This document shows positions 9,707-19,817 of a stretch of 57,027 nt of DNA, piece after piece. A program made the position numbers and the translations under genes. The notes under the pieces are model-generated. The model was not told the DNA's origin, searched no databases, and saw only the letters and a list, made by a program, of their open reading frames with translations. Numbering within the stretch: the stretch's first letter is position 1; each line of letters begins with the position of its first letter. This DNA comes from a virus (taxonomy: Duplodnaviria > Caudoviricetes), in IMG/VR virus record IMGVR_UViG_3300010371_000009, positions 1 through 57,027 of that record; one strand, written 5' to 3'.

Positions 9707-10456
9707 ATGAAGATTTATACCGATTATGAAGATTTTAGGAATAGTCGGTTATGTAGTGTAGCAGTTGCAGTTATTGGTGCTGCTGGTGTTGGTGCTGCTG
9801 CTACGGCTTATTCAGCTAATAAAGCATCTGATGCACAACAAGCTGCTGCTGCACAAGCTGCTGCTACAGCACAAAAACAATATCAACAAACTCGCACAGA
9901 TTTGTCGCCTTATCGTGATTTAGGTCAAGGTGCTAGTACTCAATTAACAGATCAATTGCCGTTTTTAACTTCTCCAATTGTTATGGATCAAGCGACATTG
10001 GAGCAAACCCCTGGTTATCAATTTACAAAGACCCAGGGATTAAAAGCCGTTCAAAATTCCGCTGCTGCTAGAGGATTGGGCGTTTCTGGCGCGGCTTTAA
10101 AAGGCGCGGCCAATTTCGTTACCGGCTTAGCCGATAATACTTATCAAACACAATTCAATTTAGAAAATACCAATCGTACCAATACTTTTAATAGATTACA
10201 AGCGTTGGTAAGCACTGGTGAAAATGCTGCTGCACAAACTGGTGTATTAGGAGCTAATGCAGCTAATACTACGGCTGGTGCTCAAATTGGCGCTGGTAAC
10301 GCCGCTGCTGCTGGATATAATCAAATTGGCGCTGGTGTTACTGGTTTTGCTAATAATGTAGGCGGATATTACGCGGCTAAAGGTTTGTATGGCAATCCTT
10401 CATCTAATGCTAATTTTAGCAATGGTACTTTAAATAACATGCCAACGGATATTTAA
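9707..10456 (+). CDS. DNA ejection protein (P22 gp7-like)
   Basis: Ala/Gly-rich; LSPYRDLG, PGYQF...QG, SAAARG..SGAALK motifs. Confidence 0.85.
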   Translation: MKIYTDYEDFRNSRLCSVAVAVIGAAGVGAAATAYSANKASDAQQAAAAQAAATAQKQYQQTRTDLSPYRDLGQGASTQLTDQLPFLTSPIVMDQATLEQTPGYQFTKTQGLKAVQNSAAARGLGVSGAALKGAANFVTGLADNTYQTQFNLENTNRTNTFNRLQALVSTGENAAAQTGVLGANAANTTAGAQIGAGNAAAAGYNQIGAGVTGFANNVGGYYAAKGLYGNPSSNANFSNGTLNNMPTDI

Positions 10457-10459
10457 ATC

Positions 10460-11854
10460 ATGGCTGAAGTTGACACAAGTAGTTATTTAAAGCCACAACA
10501 AACTAATATTTTGGATACTGCTGCTAAATTTCAAAATTTAGAACAGCAAAAGATTGGCATTGACCAATCTAAGCTTAAATTAATGAATGATCGCTATCAA
10601 GTTTTAAATAAAGAATTAATGTCTTTAGTTGGCCAACCTGATTTGTCGCACGATAAAATTCAACAGACTGGTCAACGATTAGTTAATTTAGGTATTATTC
10701 CTGCTGATATGTATGGTGAATTTGTAAAGCAAATTCCAACCAATCCTAAAGATTTAACTAATTATTTGCAACAAATAATTACTAAAAATCAAAATACTCA
10801 AGAAGCTATTAATTATCATTATGGTGCGGCTGGATTAACTCAAAATAATCAGCAAATTATTCCTACATTAACTAGCAATAAGCCTGGATTTGGTGGAACA
10901 ATTCGCAATCCTAATGCTAAACCATTTCAAATTCAAAATCCGCCTGATACAGTCGTTACTGATCCTAATACAAATCAAAGACGTTTGTTAGGTCCACAAG
11001 CTGAAATTCCTACACCTGGAACAGATAATAGATTGCCAGTTACACCAGTACCAACACAAGCTATTAAGCAGCCTTCAGGTAATATAAATGGATATAGCCC
11101 TAACATGGGCGGTACTGTAACAGGTATGAGTGTTGAACAACAGCAACCACAAAAAGGTCCATTACCTACTGATTTTAATTCCAGATTTACTGGTCAGCCA
11201 AGTGGTCCTGCTGTTGAACCACCACCTTTGTTTGAAGAAGGTAAGAAGCAAATAACAGAAGATAGAAATAACGCAGCAGCTAGAATGATGCGCGCTAAGC
11301 CTGCTATCGAAGCTCTACCTTTAATTCAAACACCTGGATTTTTAAGCGGACCATTGACAGAACAATTTACTAACGCTGCTGCTACATTAAAAAGTTTAGG
11401 TATTATTGATACTGCTGCTGAAAATGATCCAACAGCTATTAGGCAAGAAGTTTCTAAGAAACTTGCTCAATATGTTTCCGGTAGTCCAGTTGGGCAACGT
11501 TCTGATGCTGCACAAATTCTAGCTGAAGCTTCTAGCCCTAATCCAAAAACTCAAATTTTGCCAGCGTTATTAAAACTTACTAAAGATGCTGTTATATTAG
11601 ATCGTGTTGAAGCCGCTAGACCAAATTCATTTAAAGACAAAGATTATTCTAAGTATGGAGAGCATAAATCTAATTTCCCACAATCGATAGACGAAAGAGC
11701 ATTTGGTTTAGATTTAGAGCCTGAAGATAAAAGTGCTAAAATGGTTGACACTATGGCTAAGAAATTAAAATCTAGCAATAGCCGCGAACGCAACGAAGCT
11801 ACAAAATTCTTTAAGTCTTTGCGTATAGCTAAAGAGCAAGGATTTTATCAATAA
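10460..11854 (+). CDS. DNA ejection protein (gp20 position)
   Basis: Second large Gln/Pro-rich ORF after the gp7-like gene; synteny. Confidence 0.6.
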   Translation: MAEVDTSSYLKPQQTNILDTAAKFQNLEQQKIGIDQSKLKLMNDRYQVLNKELMSLVGQPDLSHDKIQQTGQRLVNLGIIPADMYGEFVKQIPTNPKDLTNYLQQIITKNQNTQEAINYHYGAAGLTQNNQQIIPTLTSNKPGFGGTIRNPNAKPFQIQNPPDTVVTDPNTNQRRLLGPQAEIPTPGTDNRLPVTPVPTQAIKQPSGNINGYSPNMGGTVTGMSVEQQQPQKGPLPTDFNSRFTGQPSGPAVEPPPLFEEGKKQITEDRNNAAARMMRAKPAIEALPLIQTPGFLSGPLTEQFTNAAATLKSLGIIDTAAENDPTAIRQEVSKKLAQYVSGSPVGQRSDAAQILAEASSPNPKTQILPALLKLTKDAVILDRVEAARPNSFKDKDYSKYGEHKSNFPQSIDERAFGLDLEPEDKSAKMVDTMAKKLKSSNSRERNEATKFFKSLRIAKEQGFYQ

Positions 11855-13788
11855 TGGCTAATGAATACGATGATTTAATTAATGAGTTTGGCTCTACAGG
11901 TGCTAAAAAGCCTGTAGAAATCGCTACGCCATATCATGATTTAATTAATGAATTTGGTAGCGGTAATACCGTTAAAGCTGTACCGCAAATAGCACAAGAC
12001 GTTTCTGGTAGCTCGCATTTTCCAAAACCAAATCAACCTATTACAGGCAATACTACAGGATTTGGTGATTTACCAGTAATTCAAGATTTAAAGAAAGCTC
12101 CTGCTTATGTTATTAATAAAAGCATAGAAGGCTTCAACGAAGGTAAAGCTACAGCTAGTAAAGGTATTAATGAAATTGCAACCAACAAATCTGCTTCAGG
12201 TGTTGGTAATTTTGCTTTAGGTACACTTCAAGAAGGTTTAAACTTAACCGGACTTCCTGCACTTGCGTCTGGTGCAACTAAATTTTTAGGTAAAGCTATC
12301 GGTAATAAACAAGCTGCTGAAACAGCCGAATTTGTGGGCACAAGTGGATTACCTATTTTAAAAGCTGGTAAAGTTCTAGGTTCTGCTATGCCTAGTACTA
12401 GAGCTTTAGACACATTGATTAGCAATGTTGGTGTTGAAAACATACCTTCCGTTATTAAACAATTGAAATCTAATCCACGATTGACATTAATGGATGTTGA
12501 TCCAAATGCTAAAATAATTGCGCAAGGTTTAGCTTCGGAACCTGGAAAGCCGCGCGATATTTTAGACAAGATTGTAAAAACAAGACAAGATACGCAATTA
12601 GATACTGTAGTTGGTGCGTTAGATGAAGCTATGGATGCACCTGTATCAGTTAAACAAAAAATGGATACTCTAAAATCCAACATTAAAAAAGTTGGACAAG
12701 AGATAAATCCAATTGTAGCTAACACAAAACCTGTTGATATTTCACCAGTAGTTGCAGATATTGATACTAAATTAAAGCCTGGAATTAATAGTGTAATAAC
12801 TGCTGGTGAACCTTTACCTTTAGGTGATATGGAAAAGACATTATCTAAAGTTAGAGATTTTATCTCTGATGATAAATCTTTTCGCACTGATCCTCAAAGC
12901 TTGCATATTTTTCAATCAGCGTTACGTTCTAAAGCTGAAGATTTATTAAATAGCTCTAGCGGTCAAGATAGACAATTAGGCTATGCTTTAATGAATGTGC
13001 GTAATCAAGTAGTAAACGCAATTGATAAAGCTTCCCCACAAGTTATGGACGCTGCTGGAAATCAAGTTGGTACTTATAAAACCGCTCTATCTAAATATCG
13101 TGATGAAAATGATATAAGCGATGCTTTCAAAAAAGGTCAATTGATAACTAAAAATCGCTTGGGACAATTAGACGATAATCCAGAATATTGGGCTGAATGG
13201 GTTAGCAAAGCAACTCCACAAGAATTAGAAGCTGCTAGGGAAGGTGCAAGATTAGCATTTGCACATCAAATGGGGTCTATGCGTTTTTCTGCTCGTAAAG
13301 GTATGGAAATTCCTGAAGTGCCTTTTAATACTGAAAAATTAAAACTTCTTTTTGGTAATAAAGAAGTTGAAAAGATGAATGATGCATTGAAAGATGAACG
13401 CAAGATAGCTGATACAAATACTAAATTATTTCAAAATTCTCAAACGGCTATGCGATTGTTAGGTGCTAAAGCAACAGAAGTAAGACAAGATTATAAACCA
13501 AATTTTACTAAAACTATTTTGCCAGCAGCTTTAGAAGCTGGTGGTCAATATGCTTTAGGCATTCCTGCTTTAGGAACAATGGCTGGTTTTGCTTATCCAT
13601 TTGCTCGCAGTAAAATTACTAAATTAGGTCAACATTTGGATAGACAAACCAATGCAGAGATTGCTAACTTGGCGTCTGCTACAGGTGAAGCGCGGGAAAA
13701 CTTAATTAAAGCATTAGAAGATCGACTACCAAAAAACAAATTGTCAATTGGACAAAAATTAAAACTTAGTTTGCCGGTAGCCCCTTAA
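11854..13788 (+). CDS. DNA ejection protein (gp16 position)
   Basis: 644-aa helical protein with a hydrophobic C-terminal segment; synteny. Confidence 0.6.
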   Translation: MANEYDDLINEFGSTGAKKPVEIATPYHDLINEFGSGNTVKAVPQIAQDVSGSSHFPKPNQPITGNTTGFGDLPVIQDLKKAPAYVINKSIEGFNEGKATASKGINEIATNKSASGVGNFALGTLQEGLNLTGLPALASGATKFLGKAIGNKQAAETAEFVGTSGLPILKAGKVLGSAMPSTRALDTLISNVGVENIPSVIKQLKSNPRLTLMDVDPNAKIIAQGLASEPGKPRDILDKIVKTRQDTQLDTVVGALDEAMDAPVSVKQKMDTLKSNIKKVGQEINPIVANTKPVDISPVVADIDTKLKPGINSVITAGEPLPLGDMEKTLSKVRDFISDDKSFRTDPQSLHIFQSALRSKAEDLLNSSSGQDRQLGYALMNVRNQVVNAIDKASPQVMDAAGNQVGTYKTALSKYRDENDISDAFKKGQLITKNRLGQLDDNPEYWAEWVSKATPQELEAAREGARLAFAHQMGSMRFSARKGMEIPEVPFNTEKLKLLFGNKEVEKMNDALKDERKIADTNTKLFQNSQTAMRLLGAKATEVRQDYKPNFTKTILPAALEAGGQYALGIPALGTMAGFAYPFARSKITKLGQHLDRQTNAEIANLASATGEARENLIKALEDRLPKNKLSIGQKLKLSLPVAP

Positions 13789-13971
13789 TCTTATATACCA
13801 ATACAAAGGTTCAATTTTATACCAAAAATAAGAAGCAATAATGAATATTATAGGCATAAATACAAATCTATGATATTTAAAAGTCAAGAAAAATATTAAG
13901 CTTAATACAAAAAATATTGGATTGACTAGAGATATAACAACGGAAACTATTATGAAAATTTTAAATGCCAT
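13759..13971 (-). CDS. small antisense membrane protein, possible superinfection exclusion
   Basis: 70 aa with two hydrophobic segments, very AT-rich, on the opposite strand between the ejection gene and tail fibre. Confidence 0.5.
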   Translation of the reverse strand: MAFKIFIIVSVVISLVNPIFFVLSLIFFLTFKYHRFVFMPIIFIIASYFWYKIEPLYWYIRLRGYRQTKF

Positions 13972-16900
13972 TCGGTTTACATTCCTTTTTATATTTCTTT
14001 TAAATCCGAATATTGTATTGGCTCAAGATACAAGTGCTTCATTGTTGCCAAATGCAGTACAGCAATTTTTTGACAATAATGGTAATCCATTAGCTAGAGG
14101 TACAGTCACTACTTATCAGCCTGGAACAACTATATTAGCGACAACTTGGAAAGATGCACTTCAGCTTACACCTAACACAAATCCGATTATTTTAGATGGT
14201 GGTGGCAAAGCCATCATTTATGCTGCTACACCAATCCGACAGGTTGTCAAGGATCAAAATAATAATTTAATTTGGGATGCTGTGTCAACGCCGTCTGGTA
14301 GTGGCTTTAGTCCTACGTTTATTGGCGATGGTCAATTAGTTGGTACAATTAAACCTTGGGCTGGATTGATTGCACCAAATCAATATGCTTTTGCATTTGG
14401 TCAAGAGTTATCGCGTGTCACAAACAATGATTTATTTATTGCAATAACACAGACATTCAATGTTACTTGTGCATCTGGTAGTCCAACAATAACAGGTATT
14501 GGCGATACTACTCAAATTAGAATTGGTGAAGTTGTAGAAGTATCAGCTTGCATAATTAGTCCACCAACTGTTATTTCTAAAACAACCAATAGTGTTACTT
14601 TAAGTGCAAATTCTATTGTCTCTACTAGTACATCTGCTAGATTTTTTCCTTGGGGTAATGGTAATGGAAGTACAACATTCAATGTTCCTGATTTAAGAGG
14701 TTCTGTATTAGCTGGCCGTAACAATATGGGCGGCTCTGCTTCTACTAAGATTACAAGCACATTTTATGGTACTGATCCAAACGGACAAGGTGCTGCTGGT
14801 GGAAGTCAAACACAAAACTCGACTATATCACAAGCAAATTTACCTAATGTAAATTTTGCTGTTAATATTCCATCTGGTCAAGGATCGCATACCCACAGTC
14901 TTACTGGCACTAGCAATGATATGCTAGGTATTGGTGGTGGTACAATAGTTCGTGGTTCTACTGTTAATGGATTTGGTACACTATATAATCCAACAGTAGT
15001 TGCCAATACATTGCCAGCTATGACTGGTACTGCTGCATCAGGTGGTTCTGGTACAGCTTTTGCGAACAATGTAATTCAACCAACCTTAATGATAAATTAT
15101 ATCATTAAGGTTTTAGCTGATGTTCCTAATAGTTCGGCCAATGGTGTTGCGTCATTGGGTGGAATGACTGGTGTTATAGCTTGTGGAAACGGCTTAGTTT
15201 GTACTGGTAATGTTGTTTCTATTAGCTCTGCTGTGCCAGCAGGAACATTAAACCAAGTTCAATACAATAATGGATTTGCGTTTAACGCTTCTGCTAATTT
15301 TGTTTTTACCGATCCTACTTTAACTTTAGGAAAATCTGGTACAGCTACAGGACAATTAGAATTAGCTGGTGCTACAAGTGGTTCTGTAATTCAGCAAGCA
15401 CATAGTACTGCTGGTGCTCCTGTAATAACTTGGGGTAATTCTACTGGCACACCTGCTGTTGTAGCTACTTCGCCATTATCTTTAGATACTACAACTGGTG
15501 TGTTAAGTTGTCCTAGTTGTGGCGGTGCATCCATTATTGTTGGATCAACTGTTGTTTCTAGTGGAACAACTGGTAGAGTTCTTTTCGACAATGGCGGATT
15601 GTTAGGCGAATATACAACTATACCAGTTGGGTTTGGTGGTACTGGTGCTGCAACATTTACGTCTAATTTGCCATTATTAGGTAATGGCACATCAGCTTTA
15701 GCTCAAGGTACAATATCTGGAAATACAACTAAATTCGCAACAGTAAGTGGTAGTTTTACTTCTGGTAATTGTATCAAATCGGATGCTAGCGGAAACTTAA
15801 TTGACAATGGCGCTACTTGTGGCGGTGGTGGCGGTGGAAGTCCTGGTGGCACAAGCGGTCAAGTACAATATAATAATGCTGGATCATTTGGAGGTTTTAC
15901 AGCTTCAGGTGATGCTACGATAAATACATCAACTGGTGCTGTTGCTGTAACTAAGACTGGTGGTGTCGCATTCGCAGCTTCAGCCACAACAGATACAACA
16001 AATGCTTCTAATATTTCTTCTGGTACATTAGCTGCTGCTCGCGGTGGCGCTGGTACAATCACTGGTGCTCTTAAAGGCAATGGTGCTGGTGTTGTTTCTC
16101 AAGCAGCTTGTGCAGATTTATCTAATGGCTCTGCATCTTGTTCTACAGATACAACAAATGCTTCTAATATTTCTAGCGGTACTTTAAATACACTTAGATT
16201 ACCAAGTCCATTTACAAGCGGTACTAGGAATGGCAACACTTCTGTATTTGCTACAATAAGTGGAAGCTTAATTGCTGGTAATTGTTTAAAATCAGATGCT
16301 AGTGGCAATATCATAGATGATGGTGCAGTCTGTGGTGGTGGCGGTGGCGGTGGATCGCCAGGGGGAACCAATGGACAAATTCAATATAATAATTTAGGTG
16401 CGTTTGGTGGATTTACAGCAAGTGGTGATGCAACAATTACACCTTCTACAGGTGCAGTAATTGTTACAAAAACTAATGGTGTATCGTTCGCTGCTTCAGC
16501 AACCACTGACACTACAAACGCTTCTAACATTTCCTCTGGTACATTAAATACACTTAGACTTCCATCACCATTTACAAGTGGAACAGTCAGCGGAAATACA
16601 TCTGTATTTGCTACCACAACAGGAACATTAATTAATACGCATTGTGTTAGCTTGGATACCAATTTTAATTTTGTCGATGCTGGTGCGCCTTGTGGTGCTG
16701 GCACAGTGACAAGTGTGGGTATTACTGCTGGTACTGGTATAACTCAGTCTGGTTCTCCAATTACCAGTTCTGGCAATATCACAGTTAATGTTGATAAAGC
16801 TACAACAAGTAATGCTTGGGCTGCAACATCAAATAAAGTTCTAACCACTGATATTTTATTCAATGGTGTTGGTGCTCTTCAAAGCTTAAGCGGAACATCT

Positions 16901-17200
16901 TCTGTTACACCTGATTTAAGCCTTGGACGAAATTTTGTTTTTACAGCTACAAGTGCTACAAACTTTACTTTAAATACACCTACCAATACACACATTGGAG
17001 ATACTGGTTGTATCTTATTCTTTCAGCCTGCTTCTGGCACACCAGTTACAATAACATTTGGCACTAATTGGGTAACTCCATCTGGTGTAAGCGGTAAAGC
17101 TCTTACTTCTACATTAGGTGCTTTAGACACAGTTTGTTATTTAATTGTAAATTCTACCCCTAGTGTCTTATTTACATTAGCTAATAATTGGACACATTAA
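13952..17200 (+). CDS. tail fibre with N-terminal signal peptide, collar domain and internal repeats
   Basis: QQFFDNNGNPLARG...NTNPIILD attachment-type domain; GTIKPWAG...TTFNVPDLRG tail-collar motif. ATG 13952 preferred over TTG 13922. Confidence 0.85.
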   Translation: MKILNAIRFTFLFIFLLNPNIVLAQDTSASLLPNAVQQFFDNNGNPLARGTVTTYQPGTTILATTWKDALQLTPNTNPIILDGGGKAIIYAATPIRQVVKDQNNNLIWDAVSTPSGSGFSPTFIGDGQLVGTIKPWAGLIAPNQYAFAFGQELSRVTNNDLFIAITQTFNVTCASGSPTITGIGDTTQIRIGEVVEVSACIISPPTVISKTTNSVTLSANSIVSTSTSARFFPWGNGNGSTTFNVPDLRGSVLAGRNNMGGSASTKITSTFYGTDPNGQGAAGGSQTQNSTISQANLPNVNFAVNIPSGQGSHTHSLTGTSNDMLGIGGGTIVRGSTVNGFGTLYNPTVVANTLPAMTGTAASGGSGTAFANNVIQPTLMINYIIKVLADVPNSSANGVASLGGMTGVIACGNGLVCTGNVVSISSAVPAGTLNQVQYNNGFAFNASANFVFTDPTLTLGKSGTATGQLELAGATSGSVIQQAHSTAGAPVITWGNSTGTPAVVATSPLSLDTTTGVLSCPSCGGASIIVGSTVVSSGTTGRVLFDNGGLLGEYTTIPVGFGGTGAATFTSNLPLLGNGTSALAQGTISGNTTKFATVSGSFTSGNCIKSDASGNLIDNGATCGGGGGGSPGGTSGQVQYNNAGSFGGFTASGDATINTSTGAVAVTKTGGVAFAASATTDTTNASNISSGTLAAARGGAGTITGALKGNGAGVVSQAACADLSNGSASCSTDTTNASNISSGTLNTLRLPSPFTSGTRNGNTSVFATISGSLIAGNCLKSDASGNIIDDGAVCGGGGGGGSPGGTNGQIQYNNLGAFGGFTASGDATITPSTGAVIVTKTNGVSFAASATTDTTNASNISSGTLNTLRLPSPFTSGTVSGNTSVFATTTGTLINTHCVSLDTNFNFVDAGAPCGAGTVTSVGITAGTGITQSGSPITSSGNITVNVDKATTSNAWAATSNKVLTTDILFNGVGALQSLSGTSSVTPDLSLGRNFVFTATSATNFTLNTPTNTHIGDTGCILFFQPASGTPVTITFGTNWVTPSGVSGKALTSTLGALDTVCYLIVNSTPSVLFTLANNWTH
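15700..16700 (+). repeat. ~2.5 tandem protein-level repeats in the tail fibre
   Basis: SGNT..FAT.SG....GNC.KSDASGN.ID.GA.CGGGGGGSPGGT.GQ.QYNN.G.FGGFTASGDATI...AASATTDTTNASNISSGTL occurs twice plus a partial third; boundaries approximate. Confidence 0.85.
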
Positions 17201-17201
17201 T

Positions 17202-18056
17202 ATGAAAAAGTCCATTTATTTAAGCTTTGTATTTTTAATATTTTGTTGTATTGGATTTGTGCCAACACTTGCACAAATTCCAGGTATTCAAAATCCTTTA
17301 TTTTTTAATATTAATCCGACAGCTACAGCTTCTTGTACTGGCGGTACAATTACATCTTCTGGTGGATTTACTATCCACACTTTCACTTCTAATGGTACTT
17401 TAACTTGTAATGGTTCTTTATCACCATCTTATCTATTAATAGCTGGCGGCGGTGGTGGTGGTAAAGGAAATGGTGGCGGTGGTGGTGGTGCTGGTGGCGT
17501 TCTCTCCGGTACAACATCTTTAACAGCTACTTCTTATTCTATTGTTATTGGTGGTGGTGGCGCACGCGGTACATCTGGAAAAGGAAGTAATGGCTCTAAT
17601 AGTACATTTAATAGTTTTACATCAATTGGTGGTGGCGGTGGTGCAGGCACTTCTACTAATAATGGGCAAAATGGTGGAAGTGGTGGTGGTGCTGCTAGAA
17701 CAGGAACAGGTGGCGTTGCAACTGCTGGTCAAGGATTTAATGGTGGAACAGTTACAGTTATTAATCAAGGTGGCGGCGGTGGTGGTGGTGGTGGATTAGG
17801 TGGAAGCTCTACAACAACGGTTGGTGGCATTGGTGGAATTGGATTTACTAGTAGCATTTCAGGTACATCTATTTGTTATGCTGGCGGCGGTGGTGGTGGT
17901 AGCACTGGTGGTAGTCCTGGTACAGCTACTTGCGGCGGTGGTGCTGGTGGTGGAACCGCTGGTTCTGGTACTTCAAATACTGGTGGCGGTGGTGGTGGAT
18001 CGCCATCCGGAAGTGCTGGTGATGGTGGCTCTGGTATATTAATTATAAGTTATTAA
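17202..18056 (+). CDS. glycine-rich tail-associated protein with signal peptide
   Basis: TIHTFTSNGT, LIAGGGGGG, GDGGSGILIISY glycine-rich domain signature. Confidence 0.8.
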   Translation: MKKSIYLSFVFLIFCCIGFVPTLAQIPGIQNPLFFNINPTATASCTGGTITSSGGFTIHTFTSNGTLTCNGSLSPSYLLIAGGGGGGKGNGGGGGGAGGVLSGTTSLTATSYSIVIGGGGARGTSGKGSNGSNSTFNSFTSIGGGGGAGTSTNNGQNGGSGGGAARTGTGGVATAGQGFNGGTVTVINQGGGGGGGGGLGGSSTTTVGGIGGIGFTSSISGTSICYAGGGGGGSTGGSPGTATCGGGAGGGTAGSGTSNTGGGGGGSPSGSAGDGGSGILIISY

Positions 18057-18074
18057 TATTAAGGAATTAAATAT

Positions 18075-18884
18075 ATGTATCTAGTCAATCAATCTTTTAG
18101 TATAGCTGCTTTTGAAGATTATATCAATAAACTTAAATTCAACGGATGGACGCCAAATTTTATTGTTGTTCATAACACATCTGTTCCAAATCAAGCTTTA
18201 TACAAGAAATGGCATGAAGATAAAAGCTGGTATATGGAGCGATGGGGTAAGAATTTAGCAAGCTATTATGCAGGAATGGGTTGGAATGGTTGCCCACACT
18301 TTATTGTAGGCTATGATAAAATCTTAGTTTTAAATGATCCAACTAGACCTGGAACACATACACCTAGTTGGAATAAATTTACATGGGGTGTTGAAACTAT
18401 AGCTGAATTTGAAAATGAACCATTTGCAGATGGTGTAAAAGAAAATTTAATTGGAGCGTTGGCTATTCTTCATGAAAGAGTTGGTTTAAATCCAACTGAT
18501 TTTAAATTAGGCGTAAGAGGATTACACTTTCACAAAGAAGATAAAGCTACAACACATAAAACGTGTCCTGGTAAAAATTTAATCAAAGCTGATTTAGTCA
18601 AAGCTGTATTTAATAAAATGAATGAAGGAAACGATGGACATTTTGAACCAACCATAGAAGCACAAGAAAGCAAATCTATTAACTTGAGTATAGAAGAAGC
18701 CACAAGCATTTCAACTTTACAGTTGTGGCTTTCCAAGTCTTTAAAAAAAGACATAAGAGCCGATGGGATTTTAGGTCCGATTACCAAAGCAGCGGTCAAA
18801 GAATTTCAACAGCTTCACAATTTAAAAGTTGACGGCATCGCTGGTCCTGTGACACGTTCAGCCTTGAAATTGACTTTATATTAG
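18075..18884 (+). CDS. endolysin: N-acetylmuramoyl-L-alanine amidase with C-terminal peptidoglycan-binding domain
   Basis: IVVHNT, HFHKE, KTCPG amidase motifs; DGILGPITKAAVKEFQQLHNLKVDGIAGPVT PG-binding motif. Confidence 0.92.
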   Translation: MYLVNQSFSIAAFEDYINKLKFNGWTPNFIVVHNTSVPNQALYKKWHEDKSWYMERWGKNLASYYAGMGWNGCPHFIVGYDKILVLNDPTRPGTHTPSWNKFTWGVETIAEFENEPFADGVKENLIGALAILHERVGLNPTDFKLGVRGLHFHKEDKATTHKTCPGKNLIKADLVKAVFNKMNEGNDGHFEPTIEAQESKSINLSIEEATSISTLQLWLSKSLKKDIRADGILGPITKAAVKEFQQLHNLKVDGIAGPVTRSALKLTLY

Positions 18885-18897
18885 AGGGGATTTTAAT

Positions 18898-19194
18898 ATG
18901 TTTCCTAACTGGTCGCAATTATCTGGCGCTGTTGATCGTGTTACATTAATTGCATTGACTTATGCAGCTTCTAAAGGTTGGATCACTCCATCTGATGTTG
19001 CTGGCATAGCTACAATGGTGGTTGGCATTGCTGGTTCTGTTTATGCATTTTATGTCAATCGTAATACAAATCTTGCTAAACAAGCTGCTTCAATTCCAAA
19101 CACAACTGTTGTAACAACTCCTGAAATTGCAGCAGCTACACCACAATTAAATAACGTTGTTTCTACAACAGAAGTAAAGGTTACAAACAAATGA
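18898..19194 (+). CDS. putative holin
   Basis: Two hydrophobic helices, directly after the endolysin. Confidence 0.65.
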   Translation: MFPNWSQLSGAVDRVTLIALTYAASKGWITPSDVAGIATMVVGIAGSVYAFYVNRNTNLAKQAASIPNTTVVTTPEIAAATPQLNNVVSTTEVKVTNK

Positions 19195-19586
19195 AAAAGA
19201 TTTTATTGATTTGTATTCTATCTCTAGGCTTGGCTGCTTGCTCCGACACTATGACTAAGTTTCAATCTGGTTTGGATGAAGCTGGTCAAGTCGTTAAACA
19301 AGCAATCACACCAGACAATTATGATACTGTTACAGCTTTATATGGTTCCGCTCAAGCTGTGCTTCTTGCTTATCGTAATTCCTGCCAACGCAAAATTATC
19401 GCTAAAGTCTGTTGGAAAAACATTGCTCTTGTGCAGCCTTATGAAGCTAAGGCTTATACAGCATATGTTAATTTAAGAACATTTATTAAGAACAATCCAA
19501 GTGGCGATAGCTTTAGTTTAGTCCAAACAGCAAAGAACGCTATTTTAGCGTTCCAAAATGCTCAAGCTGCTAATGGAGTTAAATAA
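19191..19586 (+). CDS. lipoprotein, possible spanin component
   Basis: Lipobox LGLAA-C after a hydrophobic signal; in the lysis cassette. Confidence 0.65.
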   Translation: MKKILLICILSLGLAACSDTMTKFQSGLDEAGQVVKQAITPDNYDTVTALYGSAQAVLLAYRNSCQRKIIAKVCWKNIALVQPYEAKAYTAYVNLRTFIKNNPSGDSFSLVQTAKNAILAFQNAQAANGVK

Positions 19587-19817
19587 ATGGATGCTGCAAC
19601 AGCTATTGGACTTGTCACAACAGCTATTGATGTTTTCACTAAGGTAGAGCCTGTGCTTGCTCAAGCTATTACCGATTTGAAACCTTTCGCTGTAGCGTTA
19701 TTTGAAAAATTTACAGGACAAAATATTAGCGATACTGATCGTGCAGATTTAGAAGCTCGTATTGACGATATGCACAATCAAATTCAGGCACCAATTCCTT
19801 CTGATGAAGATCAATAA
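19587..19817 (+). CDS. hypothetical lysis-cassette protein
   Basis: 76-aa ORF with GGAG RBS. Confidence 0.7.
   Translation: MDAATAIGLVTTAIDVFTKVEPVLAQAITDLKPFAVALFEKFTGQNISDTDRADLEARIDDMHNQIQAPIPSDEDQ

Noticed and set aside
17542-18042. Val-rich alternative-frame ORFs inside the Gly-rich gene
   Set aside because: Artefact of GGT repeats read out of frame
13952-18056. Diversity-generating retroelement or invertase-based tail switching
   Set aside because: No reverse transcriptase or recombinase; the repeats are protein-level duplications with synonymous divergence, not adenine-specific TR/VR pairs
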